A stretch of DNA of 64,000 nt from assembly GCA_963749075.1 (NCBI GenBank), contig CAVVLJ010000016.1, forward strand, positions 1,280,001 to 1,344,000. The letters are read 5' to 3'. The translations under genes were made by a program, and so were the position numbers. The number at the start of each line of letters is the position of its first letter. Within the stretch, counting starts at the first letter, position 1. The notes under the pieces are model-generated. The model saw only the letters and a program-made list of their open reading frames with translations. It made no database searches and was not told the origin of the DNA. This stretch comes from an uncultured Pseudomonadota bacterium. GTDB lineage: Bacteria; Pseudomonadota; Alphaproteobacteria; JACZXZ01. Positions 49,439 through 62,548 of this stretch are shown here, in pieces.

Positions 49439-50587
49439 TCACTCCGCCGCGGCGCGCGCCGCCGGCGAGGCGAGCGAGTAGCGGACGAAGCGCCGATTGC
49501 CCGCCGGCAACAGTGCCACGTCCAGCGTGCCCTCGGCCGGCTGCATCACGATCATCGCGACCGTCGCGGTGACGACACCGTCGACGCCCGGGCGCGGCGG
49601 GCGGCAGACGGACCAGGGGCTCTCGAAATCATCGAAGAGCGCCTCCTTCACGTCAGCGGCGGTGAGCTCGCCGAGCGTGGGCACCAAGAGCTCGCGCACG
49701 CGCAGATCGCGGTAGAGCGAGTTGGGCGTGCCGGCCAAGCCGGTATCCCTGAGCTTGGCAAGCGCCACCGGGCTCAGCCAATGGTTGGCGTGGACGAGCA
49801 GCCCACGCTCGGGATAGAGCCGGAAGGTCTCGTCCGGCGCGCACTCGAAATCGATCGCGATGCCGCCCCGATGGCTGACGATCATGTTGTTCGAGGCCGA
49901 TTTCGGCGTCGCGTAGACGGCGCGCATCGCAAGCGCAAGCCGCTCCTCTTCGAGCACCTTGCGCCGGATCAGCGCCAGCGGCACGCCGATCTGGCCATAG
50001 TCGCGGTCCGACTCGAGGTAGTTCGCCGTAAGTGCTATGCCCGCGGCATTGCAGCCGAAGCGAGCAAGGCCGCCGGCCTCGGTGAAGGTCAGGAGGTCGG
50101 GCCCGTCTTCGCGGCAGATGCGGAGCACCACCGCCGTCTCGGCGCATTCGACCTTCCAGTCCCAGTTCTGCGCGTGGATGAGGCACCCGTCCGCCGCCGC
50201 CTCGGGCATGACGACGACGCCGGTGCAGCCGTCGGGTGCTGTGGCCTCGGCGAGGCGCCCCCGCAGATCCGGCCGTTCCGCGAGCTTCAGGATCTCGGTG
50301 CGCGCGTTCAGCAGCACCACCTCTTCGAACGGCAGTGCAGCACCCCGCGCAATGCCGCGCATCTCCTCGACGTAGGCCGGCTCGAACCCCTCGATGACCG
50401 GCAGGTAGTCGTTCACGAGCCCGCGGATCTCGCTCCCGGCCAATCCGGCGCGCGCGAGCTGGGCCGTATAATGGGCGACCCCGCGGCGGATGCGCTCCGC
50501 GGCCGCGATGCCATAGGCGACGCCCCGCTCATGAGGCGGACCAGAGAGGTTTATGAGGGGGCAGCTCTCTATCGGCATGGTCCTCAT
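49439..50587 (-). CDS. C45 family Ntn hydrolase/acyltransferase
   Basis: GPPHERGVAYG, EEMRGIA, LNARTE, DG-CTG (autocleavage Cys), AQNWDW, HANH. Confidence 0.88.
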   Translation of the reverse strand: MRTMPIESCPLINLSGPPHERGVAYGIAAAERIRRGVAHYTAQLARAGLAGSEIRGLVNDYLPVIEGFEPAYVEEMRGIARGAALPFEEVVLLNARTEILKLAERPDLRGRLAEATAPDGCTGVVVMPEAAADGCLIHAQNWDWKVECAETAVVLRICREDGPDLLTFTEAGGLARFGCNAAGIALTANYLESDRDYGQIGVPLALIRRKVLEEERLALAMRAVYATPKSASNNMIVSHRGGIAIDFECAPDETFRLYPERGLLVHANHWLSPVALAKLRDTGLAGTPNSLYRDLRVRELLVPTLGELTAADVKEALFDDFESPWSVCRPPRPGVDGVVTATVAMIVMQPAEGTLDVALLPAGNRRFVRYSLASPAARAAAE

Positions 50588-50646
50588 GGCCGTCCCGGCG
50601 GGCCGGATTCAACAGGCGATGCGCGAGGTGCAATCGGCGGCGGCCG

Positions 50647-51240
50647 CTACTTCACGTCGGCGGCGACTTGCAGCTTGACGATCTTGTCGGGGGTGCCGCT
50701 CACCTGGCCGTTGGGCTCGGCGCCCTTCTTGATGCTGTCGACGAACTCCATGCCCTTCACGACCTCGCCGAAGATGGTGTATTGGCCGTCGAGCCAGGGC
50801 GCCACCTTGAAGCAGATGAAGAACTGGCTGTCGGCGCTGTTGGGGTCGGAGGAGCGCGCCATGCCGAGGGTGCCGCGCTCGAAATGCGCCGTGCGCGAGA
50901 ACTCGGCGGGGAGGTTCTGGCCCGAGCCGCCGGTGCCGTTCCCCTTGGGATCGCCCGTCTGCGCCATGAAGCCGGGGATCACGCGGTGGAAGAGGAGACC
51001 GTCGTAGAAGTGCTGGCGCACCAGCTCCTTGAAGCGCGCCACGGTCTTCGGCGCCAGGTCCGGGCGCAGCTCGATCACCACGCGGCCGTCCTTGAGGTCG
51101 AGATAGAGGGTGTTCTCGGGATCGGCCGCCTGGGCCGCGGCACTTGCTGTCATGAGGAGAACCGCCATCAACAGGGGTTTGAGGAAAGCACGCATCATCC
51201 GGTTCCTTGCTTTCATTTGGGCTTTCATTTGGGCTTTCAT
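50647..51240 (-). CDS. Cyclophilin-type peptidyl-prolyl isomerase, exported (start may be 51240, 51228, 51216 or 51198)
   Basis: LAPKTV, FYDGLLFHRVIPGFMAQTGDP, GMARS, SADSQFFI, LDGQYTIFGEV. Confidence 0.92.
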   Translation of the reverse strand: MKAQMKAQMKARNRMMRAFLKPLLMAVLLMTASAAAQAADPENTLYLDLKDGRVVIELRPDLAPKTVARFKELVRQHFYDGLLFHRVIPGFMAQTGDPKGNGTGGSGQNLPAEFSRTAHFERGTLGMARSSDPNSADSQFFICFKVAPWLDGQYTIFGEVVKGMEFVDSIKKGAEPNGQVSGTPDKIVKLQVAADVK

Positions 51241-51256
51241 TTGGGCTTTCGTTTGG
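51209..51256. repeat. Tandem repeat, 12 bp GCTTTCATTTGG x3 plus one imperfect copy, at the coaD/cyclophilin junction
   Basis: Exact copies at 51209, 51221 and 51233; one-mismatch copy at 51245. Confidence 0.95.
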
Positions 51257-51762
51257 CCTGGCGCTCCTTGTAGCGCGCGTTGAGCCGCGCCGCCACTCCC
51301 GGCGGCACGAAGCTCGTGATGTCGCCGCCCAAGAGGGCGATCTCCTTGACGAAGCGCGAGGCGATGAAGGTCTGCCGCTCGGCCGCCATGAGGAACACGG
51401 TCTCGATGTCGGGCGCCACGCGCGCGTTCATGCCCGCCATCTGGAACTCGTAGTCGAAGTCGGAGACGGCGCGCAGGCCGCGCACGATGATGGAGGCACC
51501 GACGCTCTTCACGAAGTGGGTGAGGAGCCGGTCGAAGGCCTGCACCTCGACGCGCGCCATATTGCCGTTGCCGGCCGCAGCTAGCGCTGCGCACTCCTCG
51601 TCCACCATGGCGAGCCGCTCCTCGAGCGTGAAGAGCGGGCCCTTGCCGATGTTGGCCGCAACCCCCACCACCACGCGGTCGAGGATGCGCGTCGCGCGCT
51701 GGATGATGTCGAGGTGGCCGTTGGTGATCGGGTCGAAGGTCCCGGCATAGACGCCGATCCGC

Positions 51763-51770
<8 letters not shown>
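51237..51770 (-). CDS. coaD: Phosphopantetheine adenylyltransferase
   Basis: YAGTFDPITNGHLDII, IVRGLRAVSDFDYEFQMA. Confidence 0.96.
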
Positions 51771-54508
<2,738 letters not shown>

Positions 54509-54815
54509 TAAATGGGGCTTTTGCGAGGGTTGCGGAGGCGGCCGGCGGGGCTCTGCGGATGGGCCCGAAGCGGCCCTCCTTCTATAGCAAATTTCGCGCC
54601 TGCGAACAATCGGGAACGGTACGCCGCCTCCGTTATTTTCTGCAACAATCGCAATATGTTACTGGATTTTTTCGAGGCCGTATCCAAAGCCGCGAAAAGC
54701 GCTCGCGCGGCAGCGAGGAAAGCGCTTGCCGTGGCGGCCCCGCGCGAGCGCGAGGGCGGGCTAAGAAGCGTCTATTTCTGCAGTCCGAGATGCCGCGGGC
54801 GGCGGCGGAGCCGGC

Positions 54816-55664
54816 TCAGCCGGCCGCGCGCCTTTGGCCGCGCGCGCCGCGCCCGGCGCTGCGCTCCGCATGTGCGGCCCCGGCGGTCTTCCCCGGTCCG
54901 GCGCCGAAGTAGCGCGCCAGGCGCGCCGCGGCCGCGTGAAGCCGCGGCACCAGCCGCCTGACGCCCGCCATGTTGAGGCGCACGGTGGGTGCGGCGAGCG
55001 AGAGGGCTGCCACCATGCGCCCCGCCGCGTTGCGCACCGGCACCGCGGCGCCCACGATGTGCAGCACGAACTCCTGGTTGGTCGCGGCGTAGCCCTGCTT
55101 GCGCACGCGCGCGATTTCCGCCGAGAGGGCGGCGGCGCCGGTGATGGTGAAGGACGTGAAGGCGGGGCGCTGCGCGAGCGTAAGATAGGCCTCGAGGTGC
55201 CCGGGCTCGAGCTCGGCGAGAAAGAGCTTGCCGCTCGAGGTGCAGAAGAGCGGCGCGCGGCGCCCGGCGCGGAAGGTCAGCGTCTGCTGCTGGCGCGGCT
55301 CCGCGCTCGCGACATAGACGACTTCGTCGCCGTCGATGATGCCGAGGCTGCACATCTCGCCGAGCTCGTCCGAGAGCGCGCTGAGGAGCGCCTGGACGGG
55401 TGCTGCACCCGCTGCCGCGGCGATCACGTCGGCCGCGAACTCGACCAGGGCGGGCGAGACGGTGAGCCTGCGGCTCCCCGGCACGCGCTGCAGGTAGCCC
55501 AGGCGCTCGAGCTCGCTCGAGATGCGGTGCGCGGTGGGCGGCTTGAGGCCGAGCTCGGCCGCGAGGACTGCAAGCGGCGTATTGGGCCGCCGCGCCACCG
55601 CCCAGAGCACCTCGAAGAGCTTCGCCGCGGGCGACGGCCGTGCCGGATAGTGCTGCCGGGCCAC
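54816..55664 (-). CDS. IclR family transcriptional regulator
   Basis: HTH LAAELGLKPPTAHRI...GYL; PLFCTSSGKLFLA, VRKQGYA, AAVPV. Confidence 0.88.
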   Translation of the reverse strand: MARQHYPARPSPAAKLFEVLWAVARRPNTPLAVLAAELGLKPPTAHRISSELERLGYLQRVPGSRRLTVSPALVEFAADVIAAAAGAAPVQALLSALSDELGEMCSLGIIDGDEVVYVASAEPRQQQTLTFRAGRRAPLFCTSSGKLFLAELEPGHLEAYLTLAQRPAFTSFTITGAAALSAEIARVRKQGYAATNQEFVLHIVGAAVPVRNAAGRMVAALSLAAPTVRLNMAGVRRLVPRLHAAAARLARYFGAGPGKTAGAAHAERSAGRGARGQRRAAG

Positions 55665-55672
55665 GGGCTGGC

Positions 55673-56497
55673 TCAGGCCTCGAGATAGGCGCCGGTGAAG
55701 CGGCGGAGGAAGCCCTTGAGGCGCTCCGAGCGCGGCTTGACGAGAAGCTCGCCCGGCGGCCCCTCCTCGACGATGACGCCCTTGTCCATGAAGATGATGC
55801 GGTCCGCCACGTCGCGCGCGAAGCCGATCTCGTGGGTCACGAGGATCATGGTCATGCCTTCCTGGGCGAGGCGGCGGATGACGAGGAGCACCTCGCCGAC
55901 GAGCTCGGGATCGAGCGCCGAGGTCACCTCGTCGAACAGCATGACCTTGGGCTCCATGGCGAGTGCCCTCGCGATCGCCACCCGCTGCTGCTGGCCGCCG
56001 GAAAGGCGGGCGGGATACTCGTCCGTCTTGTCGGCGAGGCCGACCTTGTCGAGAAGCGCCTCGGCTGTCGCGCGCGCCGACTTGCGCTCGATGCCGCGCA
56101 CGTGCACGGGCCCCATCATGACGTTCTCGATGGCGCTGCGGTGCGGGAAGAGATTGTAGCTCTGGAACACCATGCCGACGCGCTCGCGGAAGCGGGCGAT
56201 CTCGGCCTCGGGCCGCATGAGCCGCCTGCCGTTGCCGCCCTCGCGGTAGCCCACCAGCTCGCCGTCGATGCGCACCTCGCCCTGGTCGTAGGCCTCGAGG
56301 AAGTTGATGCAGCGGAGCATGGTCGACTTGCCCGAGCCGCTCGGGCCGAGCACGACCACCACCTCGCCGGGCGCCACCGCGAAGCTCACGCCGTCGAGCA
56401 CGCGGAGTGCGGCGAACGACTTGCCGAGGCCGCTCACCGCGATCATGGCGCTGCCGTCTCCCCGGCCCGTGCGGCGCTCCTCAGCTTGCGAAGGCAT
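55673..56497 (-). CDS. Polar amino-acid ABC transporter ATP-binding protein
   Basis: [37 protein letters not shown]. Confidence 0.92.
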   Translation of the reverse strand: MPSQAEERRTGRGDGSAMIAVSGLGKSFAALRVLDGVSFAVAPGEVVVVLGPSGSGKSTMLRCINFLEAYDQGEVRIDGELVGYREGGNGRRLMRPEAEIARFRERVGMVFQSYNLFPHRSAIENVMMGPVHVRGIERKSARATAEALLDKVGLADKTDEYPARLSGGQQQRVAIARALAMEPKVMLFDEVTSALDPELVGEVLLVIRRLAQEGMTMILVTHEIGFARDVADRIIFMDKGVIVEEGPPGELLVKPRSERLKGFLRRFTGAYLEA

Positions 56498-57131
56498 AGC
56501 GCCGCTCCAGATTGCGCGCCACGAGCGAGAGAGGGTAGCAGATGACGAAATAGATGGCCATGACGCCGAGGAAGATCTCGAAGGCGGCAAGCGTGCGCTC
56601 AACCACCTCGCGCGCGGCATAGCTCAGCTCCCAGGCGCCCACCACCGAGACGTAGGAGGTCTGCTTGACCGTGATCAGCGCGGTGTTGAGGAGCGGCGGC
56701 GTCGCCATGCGCAAGGCCTGCGGGAAGACGATCTCGCGCAGCATCGGCCAGCGGCGCATGCCGAGGCTCTTGGCCGCGGCGATCTGGCTCGCGGGGATCG
56801 CGAGGATGGCGCCGCGCACGATCTCGCTCACGAAGGCCCCGACGTAGACGACCATCGCGACGCCGACCGCGACATAGGCGTTGACGCGGTAGCCGAGTGC
56901 GGGGAAGGCGTAATAGCCGAGGAACATGACGACGAGGATGGGAATGCCGCGCAGCACGAAGACGTAGCCCGTCACGAGCGCGCGCGCCGGGCGCGGGCCG
57001 ACGGCGCCCACGGTGCCGACGGCGAAGCCGAGGAGCATGCCGAGCGAGATGGTGGCGAGGGAGAGCCATAGGGTGACCACCGCCCCCTCGAGGAGGTACG
57101 GCAGGCTGATGAGGAGGACGTGGAACATCAT
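56481..57131 (-). CDS. Polar amino-acid ABC transporter permease
   Basis: [21 protein letters not shown]. Confidence 0.9.
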   Translation of the reverse strand: MMFHVLLISLPYLLEGAVVTLWLSLATISLGMLLGFAVGTVGAVGPRPARALVTGYVFVLRGIPILVVMFLGYYAFPALGYRVNAYVAVGVAMVVYVGAFVSEIVRGAILAIPASQIAAAKSLGMRRWPMLREIVFPQALRMATPPLLNTALITVKQTSYVSVVGAWELSYAAREVVERTLAAFEIFLGVMAIYFVICYPLSLVARNLERRYAFAS

Positions 57132-57790
57132 CCGAACCGCGCCGCGAGGCGCTTCTCGGCGAGGCGCAGGACCGCGCCGAGCGCCGTGGTCATCGTGAGG
57201 TAGAACAAGGCAACCGCGACGAAGACCTCATAGGAGGCACCGGTGCGCTCGATGATCATCTTGCCCGAGAGCGTCACCTCCATGACGCCGATCGCCGAGA
57301 CGAGCGAGGTGTCCTTGACGACCACGATGAGCTGGTTCGCGACCGGGGCCATGACCTTGATCGCCGCCTGCGGCAGCACGACCAGCCAGAAGGCCTTGCG
57401 CGTGCGCATGCCGATGGCGCGCGCCGCCTCCCATTGGCGCGCGCTCACGGACTCGACGCCGCCGCGCAGGACCTCGGCGAGGAAGGCGCCGTGCTGCAGG
57501 GCGATGGCGATGACGCCGCAGAGAAAGCCCGAGAGGAAGATGCCGAAGAGCGGCAGGCCGAAATAGATGAGATACATCTGGATGAGGAGCGGCGTGTTGC
57601 GCATCACCTCGACGTAGGCGGCGGCCGCATCGGCGAGCCAGCGCAGCCTGGAGGTGCGCATGAGGAGGAGCGGCAGGCTCCAGGCGAGTGCCAGCGGCAC
57701 CGCGGCGGCGGCGAGGGCGAGGGTGAGCGCGAAGCCCTCCGCGAGATAGGGCACGTAGCGCGCGAGGAAATTCACGAGCTGCGGCGCCAT
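57128..57790 (-). CDS. Polar amino-acid ABC transporter permease
   Basis: RNTPLLIQ, AEVLRGG, QWEAARAIG, KDTSL. Confidence 0.9.
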   Translation of the reverse strand: MAPQLVNFLARYVPYLAEGFALTLALAAAAVPLALAWSLPLLLMRTSRLRWLADAAAAYVEVMRNTPLLIQMYLIYFGLPLFGIFLSGFLCGVIAIALQHGAFLAEVLRGGVESVSARQWEAARAIGMRTRKAFWLVVLPQAAIKVMAPVANQLIVVVKDTSLVSAIGVMEVTLSGKMIIERTGASYEVFVAVALFYLTMTTALGAVLRLAEKRLAARFG

Positions 57791-57831
57791 CCCTCACCCT
57801 CCCGCGGCAGCACCGCCACGGCCGGCGGCGC

Positions 57832-58671
57832 TCACTGCCGGTTCAGGTAGTACTTCGCGTGCAGCGGCGGATGGCCGAACCATTTCACGTAGATGGCGCT
57901 GTACTGGCTGAACAGACTGCCGCCGGTCATCTCCGCCACCACGGTGTCGAGGTAGAGCCACCACTTGAAGTCGCCCTGGCGGAGGAAAATGGCGTTGTTG
58001 GTCACGTCGGTGAGCCACTCGCTGAGGATGCGGATGTCGGGATTGTCCTTGACGTACCACCAGGCCACCGGCGCATCGAGCTGGGCCGCATCGGCGCGGC
58101 CGAGCTTGACGGCATTGAACTGCGCCGCGATCGAATCGAAGGTGACGAACTTGGCCTTGGGATAGATGCGCTTGCCGCGCTCCTCCTGGACCGGCGCCGT
58201 CAGGTGGGCGACCGTGTATTTCGCGTCGTTGAGGTCGGCGAGCCGCTGGATCGGCGAATTCGCCTTCACCACCATGACGATGCCCGAATCGATATAGGGC
58301 CGCGTGAAGGCGACGCGCTGGGCGCGGTCGGCATAGACGGTCGTCACCTGGATGCCGAAATCGATCGTGCCGTTCTCGACGTTCGGCCAGCGCGCGGCGA
58401 AGCCCTGGCGGACGAAGTCGATCTTCTGGTCGTCGCCGAACGTCGCCTTGGCCACGAGGCGCGCGATGTCGATGTCGAAGCCGACGAGCTCGCCCTTCTC
58501 GTCGACGAAGCCGAAGGGCGGCGCCTCGCTGGTGACCCCGACGATGAGCTTGCCGCGCGCCAGCACCTCGTCGAGCTTGGACTTCTCCTGGGCCATTCCC
58601 GGCTCGCCCGCGAGCGCGAGTGCTCCGAGCGCCAAGGCGGCTGCCGCCGCCCATCTCAGCAATCTTGCCAT
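57832..58671 (-). CDS. Polar amino-acid ABC transporter substrate-binding protein
   Basis: Signal peptide; RGKLIVG, PPFGF, GFDIDIA, FTRPY. Confidence 0.9.
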   Translation of the reverse strand: MARLLRWAAAAALALGALALAGEPGMAQEKSKLDEVLARGKLIVGVTSEAPPFGFVDEKGELVGFDIDIARLVAKATFGDDQKIDFVRQGFAARWPNVENGTIDFGIQVTTVYADRAQRVAFTRPYIDSGIVMVVKANSPIQRLADLNDAKYTVAHLTAPVQEERGKRIYPKAKFVTFDSIAAQFNAVKLGRADAAQLDAPVAWWYVKDNPDIRILSEWLTDVTNNAIFLRQGDFKWWLYLDTVVAEMTGGSLFSQYSAIYVKWFGHPPLHAKYYLNRQ

Positions 58672-58726
58672 GTCAGTCTCCCCTGTTCAGGTTTTCGTTG
58701 CGCTATTGTTTGCCGTGCCGTCCCCG

Positions 58727-60115
58727 CTATTCCGCGGCGGCCGTCCGCGTCCCCATGGCGAGCGAGCTCGATTGGCGGAAGTCGACGTCCTTGGGGAAGC
58801 CGTCCATCGCCCGCTTGACCGCGGTCTCGAGGCGGCCGACCACGTCCTCGATCTCCGCCTCGCTGATGATGAGCGGCGGGCAGACGCGGAAGAAGTTCTT
58901 GACCGCGATCGTGGCGATGCCTTCGAGGAGCGCGTTGTAGCGGATGCGCTCGGCCATCGCGGGATCGGGCCGCTTGCTCTTCTTGTCGGCGACGATGTCG
59001 AGCATGTGGTAGAGGCCCATGCCGCGCACGTCGCCCACCACCTCGTAAGTCCGCGCGATGCGGTCGAGATGGCCGCGGAGGACGGCACCCAGCCGCTCGG
59101 CGCGCTCGGCGAGCTTGTCGCGCAGCACGATCTCGAGCTGCTTCAAGGCCACGGCGGAGACGAAGGGGTCGCTCGAATAGGTGCCGGCCCAAGGGAGCCC
59201 GCACCTGCCGCGCACCTGCTCGGCGATCGCCGGCGTGGTGATGGTGCCGCAGACCGCGAGCCCGGCCGAGAGTCCCTTGCCGAAGGTGACGATGTCGGGC
59301 ACCACGTCGGAATGCTCGAGCGCCCACATGCGGCCGGTGCGCGCGGGTGCCAGCTGCGCCTCGTCGAGGATGAGGAGCGCCCCCCAGCGCTTGGCAAGCT
59401 CGGCCAGGCGCGGCAGCCATTCCTTGGGCGGGACGATCATGCCGCCCGCCACCGGAATGGTCTCGGCGATGATGCCGGCCACGTCCTGGCTGGTGACGAA
59501 CTCCATCATGTCCTCGCTCTTCTTGAGGCAGTCGATGTCGCAGGCCGGATAGCTCGAATTGACCGGGCAGCGGTAGCAGAGCGGCGCCAGGATGGAATTC
59601 GACTTGGCCGGGAACATGAGCGGCCCGAGGCTCTTGCGCCGCGCGCCGCCCACGGTGGTGAGCGCCTCGACGGCCAGGCTGCCGCCATGAAGGCCGCGGA
59701 TGATCGAGACGATGTCGAACTTGCCGGTGGCGGCGAGCGCCATGCGCATGGCGATCTCGTTGGCCTCCGAGCCGGTCACCGCGAAGTTCACCACCTTGAG
59801 CTCGCCCGGAAGCGTGCTGCCGAGAAGCTCGGCGAACTCGACGGCCCACGGATTGGAGTACCAGGAGGACTGGTGGACGAAGGTCCCCGCCATCTCCTTG
59901 ATCGTCTCGGTGAGCTCGGGGTGGGAGTGGCCGAGCACCATGCACATCATGCCGGAGGTCAGGTCGTAGTACTCGTTGTCGTCCATGTCGACGAGCTTGG
60001 TGCCCTTGCCGGCCTTGAAGATGACGTGCGGCGAGAAGCGCCAGCCGAAGACGGACTTGGCGTCGCGCGCCATGAGATCCGAGTGCGAGTTGGAAAAACG
60101 GAACGACTTATCCAT
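58727..60115 (-). CDS. Class III PLP-dependent aminotransferase
   Basis: LGHSHP, TGSEANE, LLILDEAQ, PDIVTFGKG, GDVRGMGL. Confidence 0.92.
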   Translation of the reverse strand: MDKSFRFSNSHSDLMARDAKSVFGWRFSPHVIFKAGKGTKLVDMDDNEYYDLTSGMMCMVLGHSHPELTETIKEMAGTFVHQSSWYSNPWAVEFAELLGSTLPGELKVVNFAVTGSEANEIAMRMALAATGKFDIVSIIRGLHGGSLAVEALTTVGGARRKSLGPLMFPAKSNSILAPLCYRCPVNSSYPACDIDCLKKSEDMMEFVTSQDVAGIIAETIPVAGGMIVPPKEWLPRLAELAKRWGALLILDEAQLAPARTGRMWALEHSDVVPDIVTFGKGLSAGLAVCGTITTPAIAEQVRGRCGLPWAGTYSSDPFVSAVALKQLEIVLRDKLAERAERLGAVLRGHLDRIARTYEVVGDVRGMGLYHMLDIVADKKSKRPDPAMAERIRYNALLEGIATIAVKNFFRVCPPLIISEAEIEDVVGRLETAVKRAMDGFPKDVDFRQSSSLAMGTRTAAAE

Positions 60116-60160
60116 GGAATCCCCCTTGCGGCCGCCGCGGGTCCTTGCTGCCGGCGTGAA

Positions 60161-60199
60161 ATACCGTAAACCGGAATTTTACATTCAGTAAAGCGGAAT
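60161..60199. promoter_or_regulatory. Two 17-bp pseudo-palindromic boxes (ATACCGTAAACCGGAAT, ATTCAGTAAAGCGGAAT), putative IclR operator
   Basis: Boxes start 22 bp apart, just upstream of the aminotransferase-ABC-IclR operon. Confidence 0.55.
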
Positions 60200-60234
60200 C
60201 TGGAAGATCGCCGCGCAGACGAAGGCGCCACCGC

Positions 60235-61206
60235 TCAGGGCCGCACCTCGTTGAGGAGCGGCAGTCCGCTCCGCCAGCGCCGCAGGTTCTCGGCGAAGAC
60301 CTCGGCATAGCGGAGCGGCCAGTCCGCCACGTTGTCCGACGCGTGGGGCGTGAGCAGCAGGCTGGGGAGCCCCCATAAGGGGCTCGCCTGCGGCAAGGGC
60401 TCCGTCGCGAAGACGTTGAGATAGGCGCCGCCGAGACGCCCGCTCCGCAAGAGCCCGGCGAGGGCGGCTTCGTCGAGAACGGCGCCGCGGGAGGTATTGA
60501 TGAGCAGCGCTCCCGGCTTCATCGCCTGAAGGAGCCCGGCGCTCATGAGGCCGCGCGTCTCGTCGGTGAGCCGCACGTGCAGCGAGACGATGTCCGCCTG
60601 GCCGATGATGCGCCCGAGCTCCGCGATCTCATGGCAGGCATCGACGGCCGGATGGGGCGAGGTGCCTCGGCGCGCCGCAAGGACCCGCATCCCCAGAGCC
60701 TTGGCATTGTGCGCCACGGCCGAGCCGATCGCCCCCAGGCCGACGATGAGCAGCGTCTGGCCGCGCAAGGGACGGAAGGCGCGGCCTTGCCAGGTCTTCT
60801 CCCGTTGTTGCTCGATGTAGCGGAGAAAATTGCCGTTGAGCGCCAGCATGGCACCGGTCACGGTCTCGGCGAGGTCGCGCGCCAGCACGCCGGCGCAATT
60901 CGTGACCGTGACCCGCCGCGGGTCCCAAGGCAGCACGTGCTCGTAGCCCGAGCCACCGACGTGGAACCACCTGACGCTCGGATGGAGGATGGCGGGGCGA
61001 TGCGTCTCGCCGGGGAAGCCGGCATGCTTGAGGGAGAGCACGGCCTGCGGATCGCCGTTGCTCAGGGCCGGCTCGACCTCCGCGGGGCTGCTGGCGTAGG
61101 CGAAGGCGGTCTCAGGAAAGCTGCGCTCGAGCAGTGCGCCGACCGCTCGCGGCTCGTCGTAGATGACGAGCACCCTCTCGATCGTCGCGCGCGGCGTTCC
61201 AGGCAC
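60235..61206 (-). CDS. D-2-hydroxyacid dehydrogenase
   Basis: GLGAIG, LINTSRG, EPLP, LTPH. Confidence 0.88.
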   Translation of the reverse strand: MPGTPRATIERVLVIYDEPRAVGALLERSFPETAFAYASSPAEVEPALSNGDPQAVLSLKHAGFPGETHRPAILHPSVRWFHVGGSGYEHVLPWDPRRVTVTNCAGVLARDLAETVTGAMLALNGNFLRYIEQQREKTWQGRAFRPLRGQTLLIVGLGAIGSAVAHNAKALGMRVLAARRGTSPHPAVDACHEIAELGRIIGQADIVSLHVRLTDETRGLMSAGLLQAMKPGALLINTSRGAVLDEAALAGLLRSGRLGGAYLNVFATEPLPQASPLWGLPSLLLTPHASDNVADWPLRYAEVFAENLRRWRSGLPLLNEVRP

Positions 61207-61232
61207 CGGCGGCGCCTCGGGTGCTTAGTCCC

Positions 61233-61721
61233 CTAGAACGGAATCTCGTCGTCGAGATCGCCGCCGCCGGCGCGCGGGGTGCCGCCGCTCTCGCCGCCCG
61301 ATGCCCCCGGGGCGGAGCCGCCGCGGTCGTCATAGCCGCCGCCCCCGCCTCCTTCGTCCCCGCCGCCGCCGCGGCTGTCGAGGAGGGTGAGCTCGCCGCG
61401 ATAGCGCTGCAGCACCACCTCGGTCGTGTATTTCTCCTGGCCGCTCTGGTCGGTCCATTTGCGCGTCTGCAACTGGCCCTCGAGGTAGACCTTGGAGCCC
61501 TTCTTGAGGAATTTCTGCGCCACCTCGCCGAGCCGGTCGTTGAAGATCACCACCCGGTGCCACTCGGTCTTCTCGCGCCGCTCGCCGCTCGCCTTGTCGC
61601 GCCAGTTCTCCGACGTCGCAACCGAGAGATGTACGATGGCGTCGCCCGCCTGGGTTCGGCGCACCTCGGGATCGCGGCCGAGATTGCCGATCAAAATCAC
61701 CTTGTTGACGCTTCCCGCCAT
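61233..61721 (-). CDS. ssb: Single-stranded DNA-binding protein
   Basis: [27 protein letters not shown]-terminal DDEIPF. Confidence 0.97.
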   Translation of the reverse strand: MAGSVNKVILIGNLGRDPEVRRTQAGDAIVHLSVATSENWRDKASGERREKTEWHRVVIFNDRLGEVAQKFLKKGSKVYLEGQLQTRKWTDQSGQEKYTTEVVLQRYRGELTLLDSRGGGGDEGGGGGGYDDRGGSAPGASGGESGGTPRAGGGDLDDEIPF

Positions 61722-61840
61722 GGCCGCCCCCCTCTCGTCCCACTGTGCCGCACTGGTTGAGTACTTTAGCTCCAAACGACGGTCTTGATAAGGCGCTCTT
61801 TGGCTCGGTCGCGACTGCGGCGCCGGGTCTCTCGCCTGCG

Positions 61841-62185
61841 TCAGGGCGGATCGAAAGCAAATATCGCGGCAAGCATTGCTGCCACGTCGGCAGCGGTCTT
61901 CTCATCGGCCGTGCCGAGGCGTTTCACGAGCCGCACCTTGGCCACCGTCCGGATGTGGTCGAGCGCCACTTGCCCGTCCTTGCGCCGAAAGCGGATCGGC
62001 ACCCGTGAGGGATAAGCGCGCCGCACCGCGGTCATGGGTGCCACAATGACCGTGCGAAGATGCCGGTTCATCTCATCGGGCGGCACGATAAGACGGGGCC
62101 GCGTCATTTGGATTTCCGCGCCGAGCGCGGGATCGAGATCGACGAGCAGGATGTCAAAACGACGGACGACTGTCACCACCTCCAT
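61841..62185 (-). CDS. PemK/MazF family toxin, possibly degenerate
   Basis: [17 protein letters not shown]...[16 protein letters not shown]...[16 protein letters not shown]. Confidence 0.8.
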   Translation of the reverse strand: MEVVTVVRRFDILLVDLDPALGAEIQMTRPRLIVPPDEMNRHLRTVIVAPMTAVRRAYPSRVPIRFRRKDGQVALDHIRTVAKVRLVKRLGTADEKTAADVAAMLAAIFAFDPP

Positions 62186-62325
62186 TCCGCCGTCGAGCTC
62201 CCAGGCGCGCCCTCGCAGAACGCGGACACGTCGGCGCCGTCTCGCGGAGGAGAGAAACTAGCCGCTGCCCGGACTTCCCGAGTTCGGCCGCGGAGGTTGG
62301 CATTGCTGTGGCGTCGGCGGATCAT
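62173..62325 (-). pseudogene. Vestigial MazE/AbrB-like antitoxin tail
   Basis: 50-aa frame ending ...PPRDG...AEWRW-stop overlapping the toxin start; no AbrB DNA-binding N-terminus. Confidence 0.35.
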
Positions 62326-62548
62326 CTCGAGCGGCTGCCGGCACGGCACCGTTCAATGCGCGGGCGGCCTTGGCCCGCTTGCGCCGCCGCGCCGCAAGCA
62401 GGATGAGCGTCAGCCGCTTGGCCTGTAGCCTCGAGAGGCCCATGGCCGCCCTCCTCGTGATGTGGATATCTCACGCTGAAAGACGTCCGCCAGCACCGCA
62501 CGTGAAGCGGCGCGCGCAGCAGGCATCGGGGGCAACCGGGGGCGTCGC

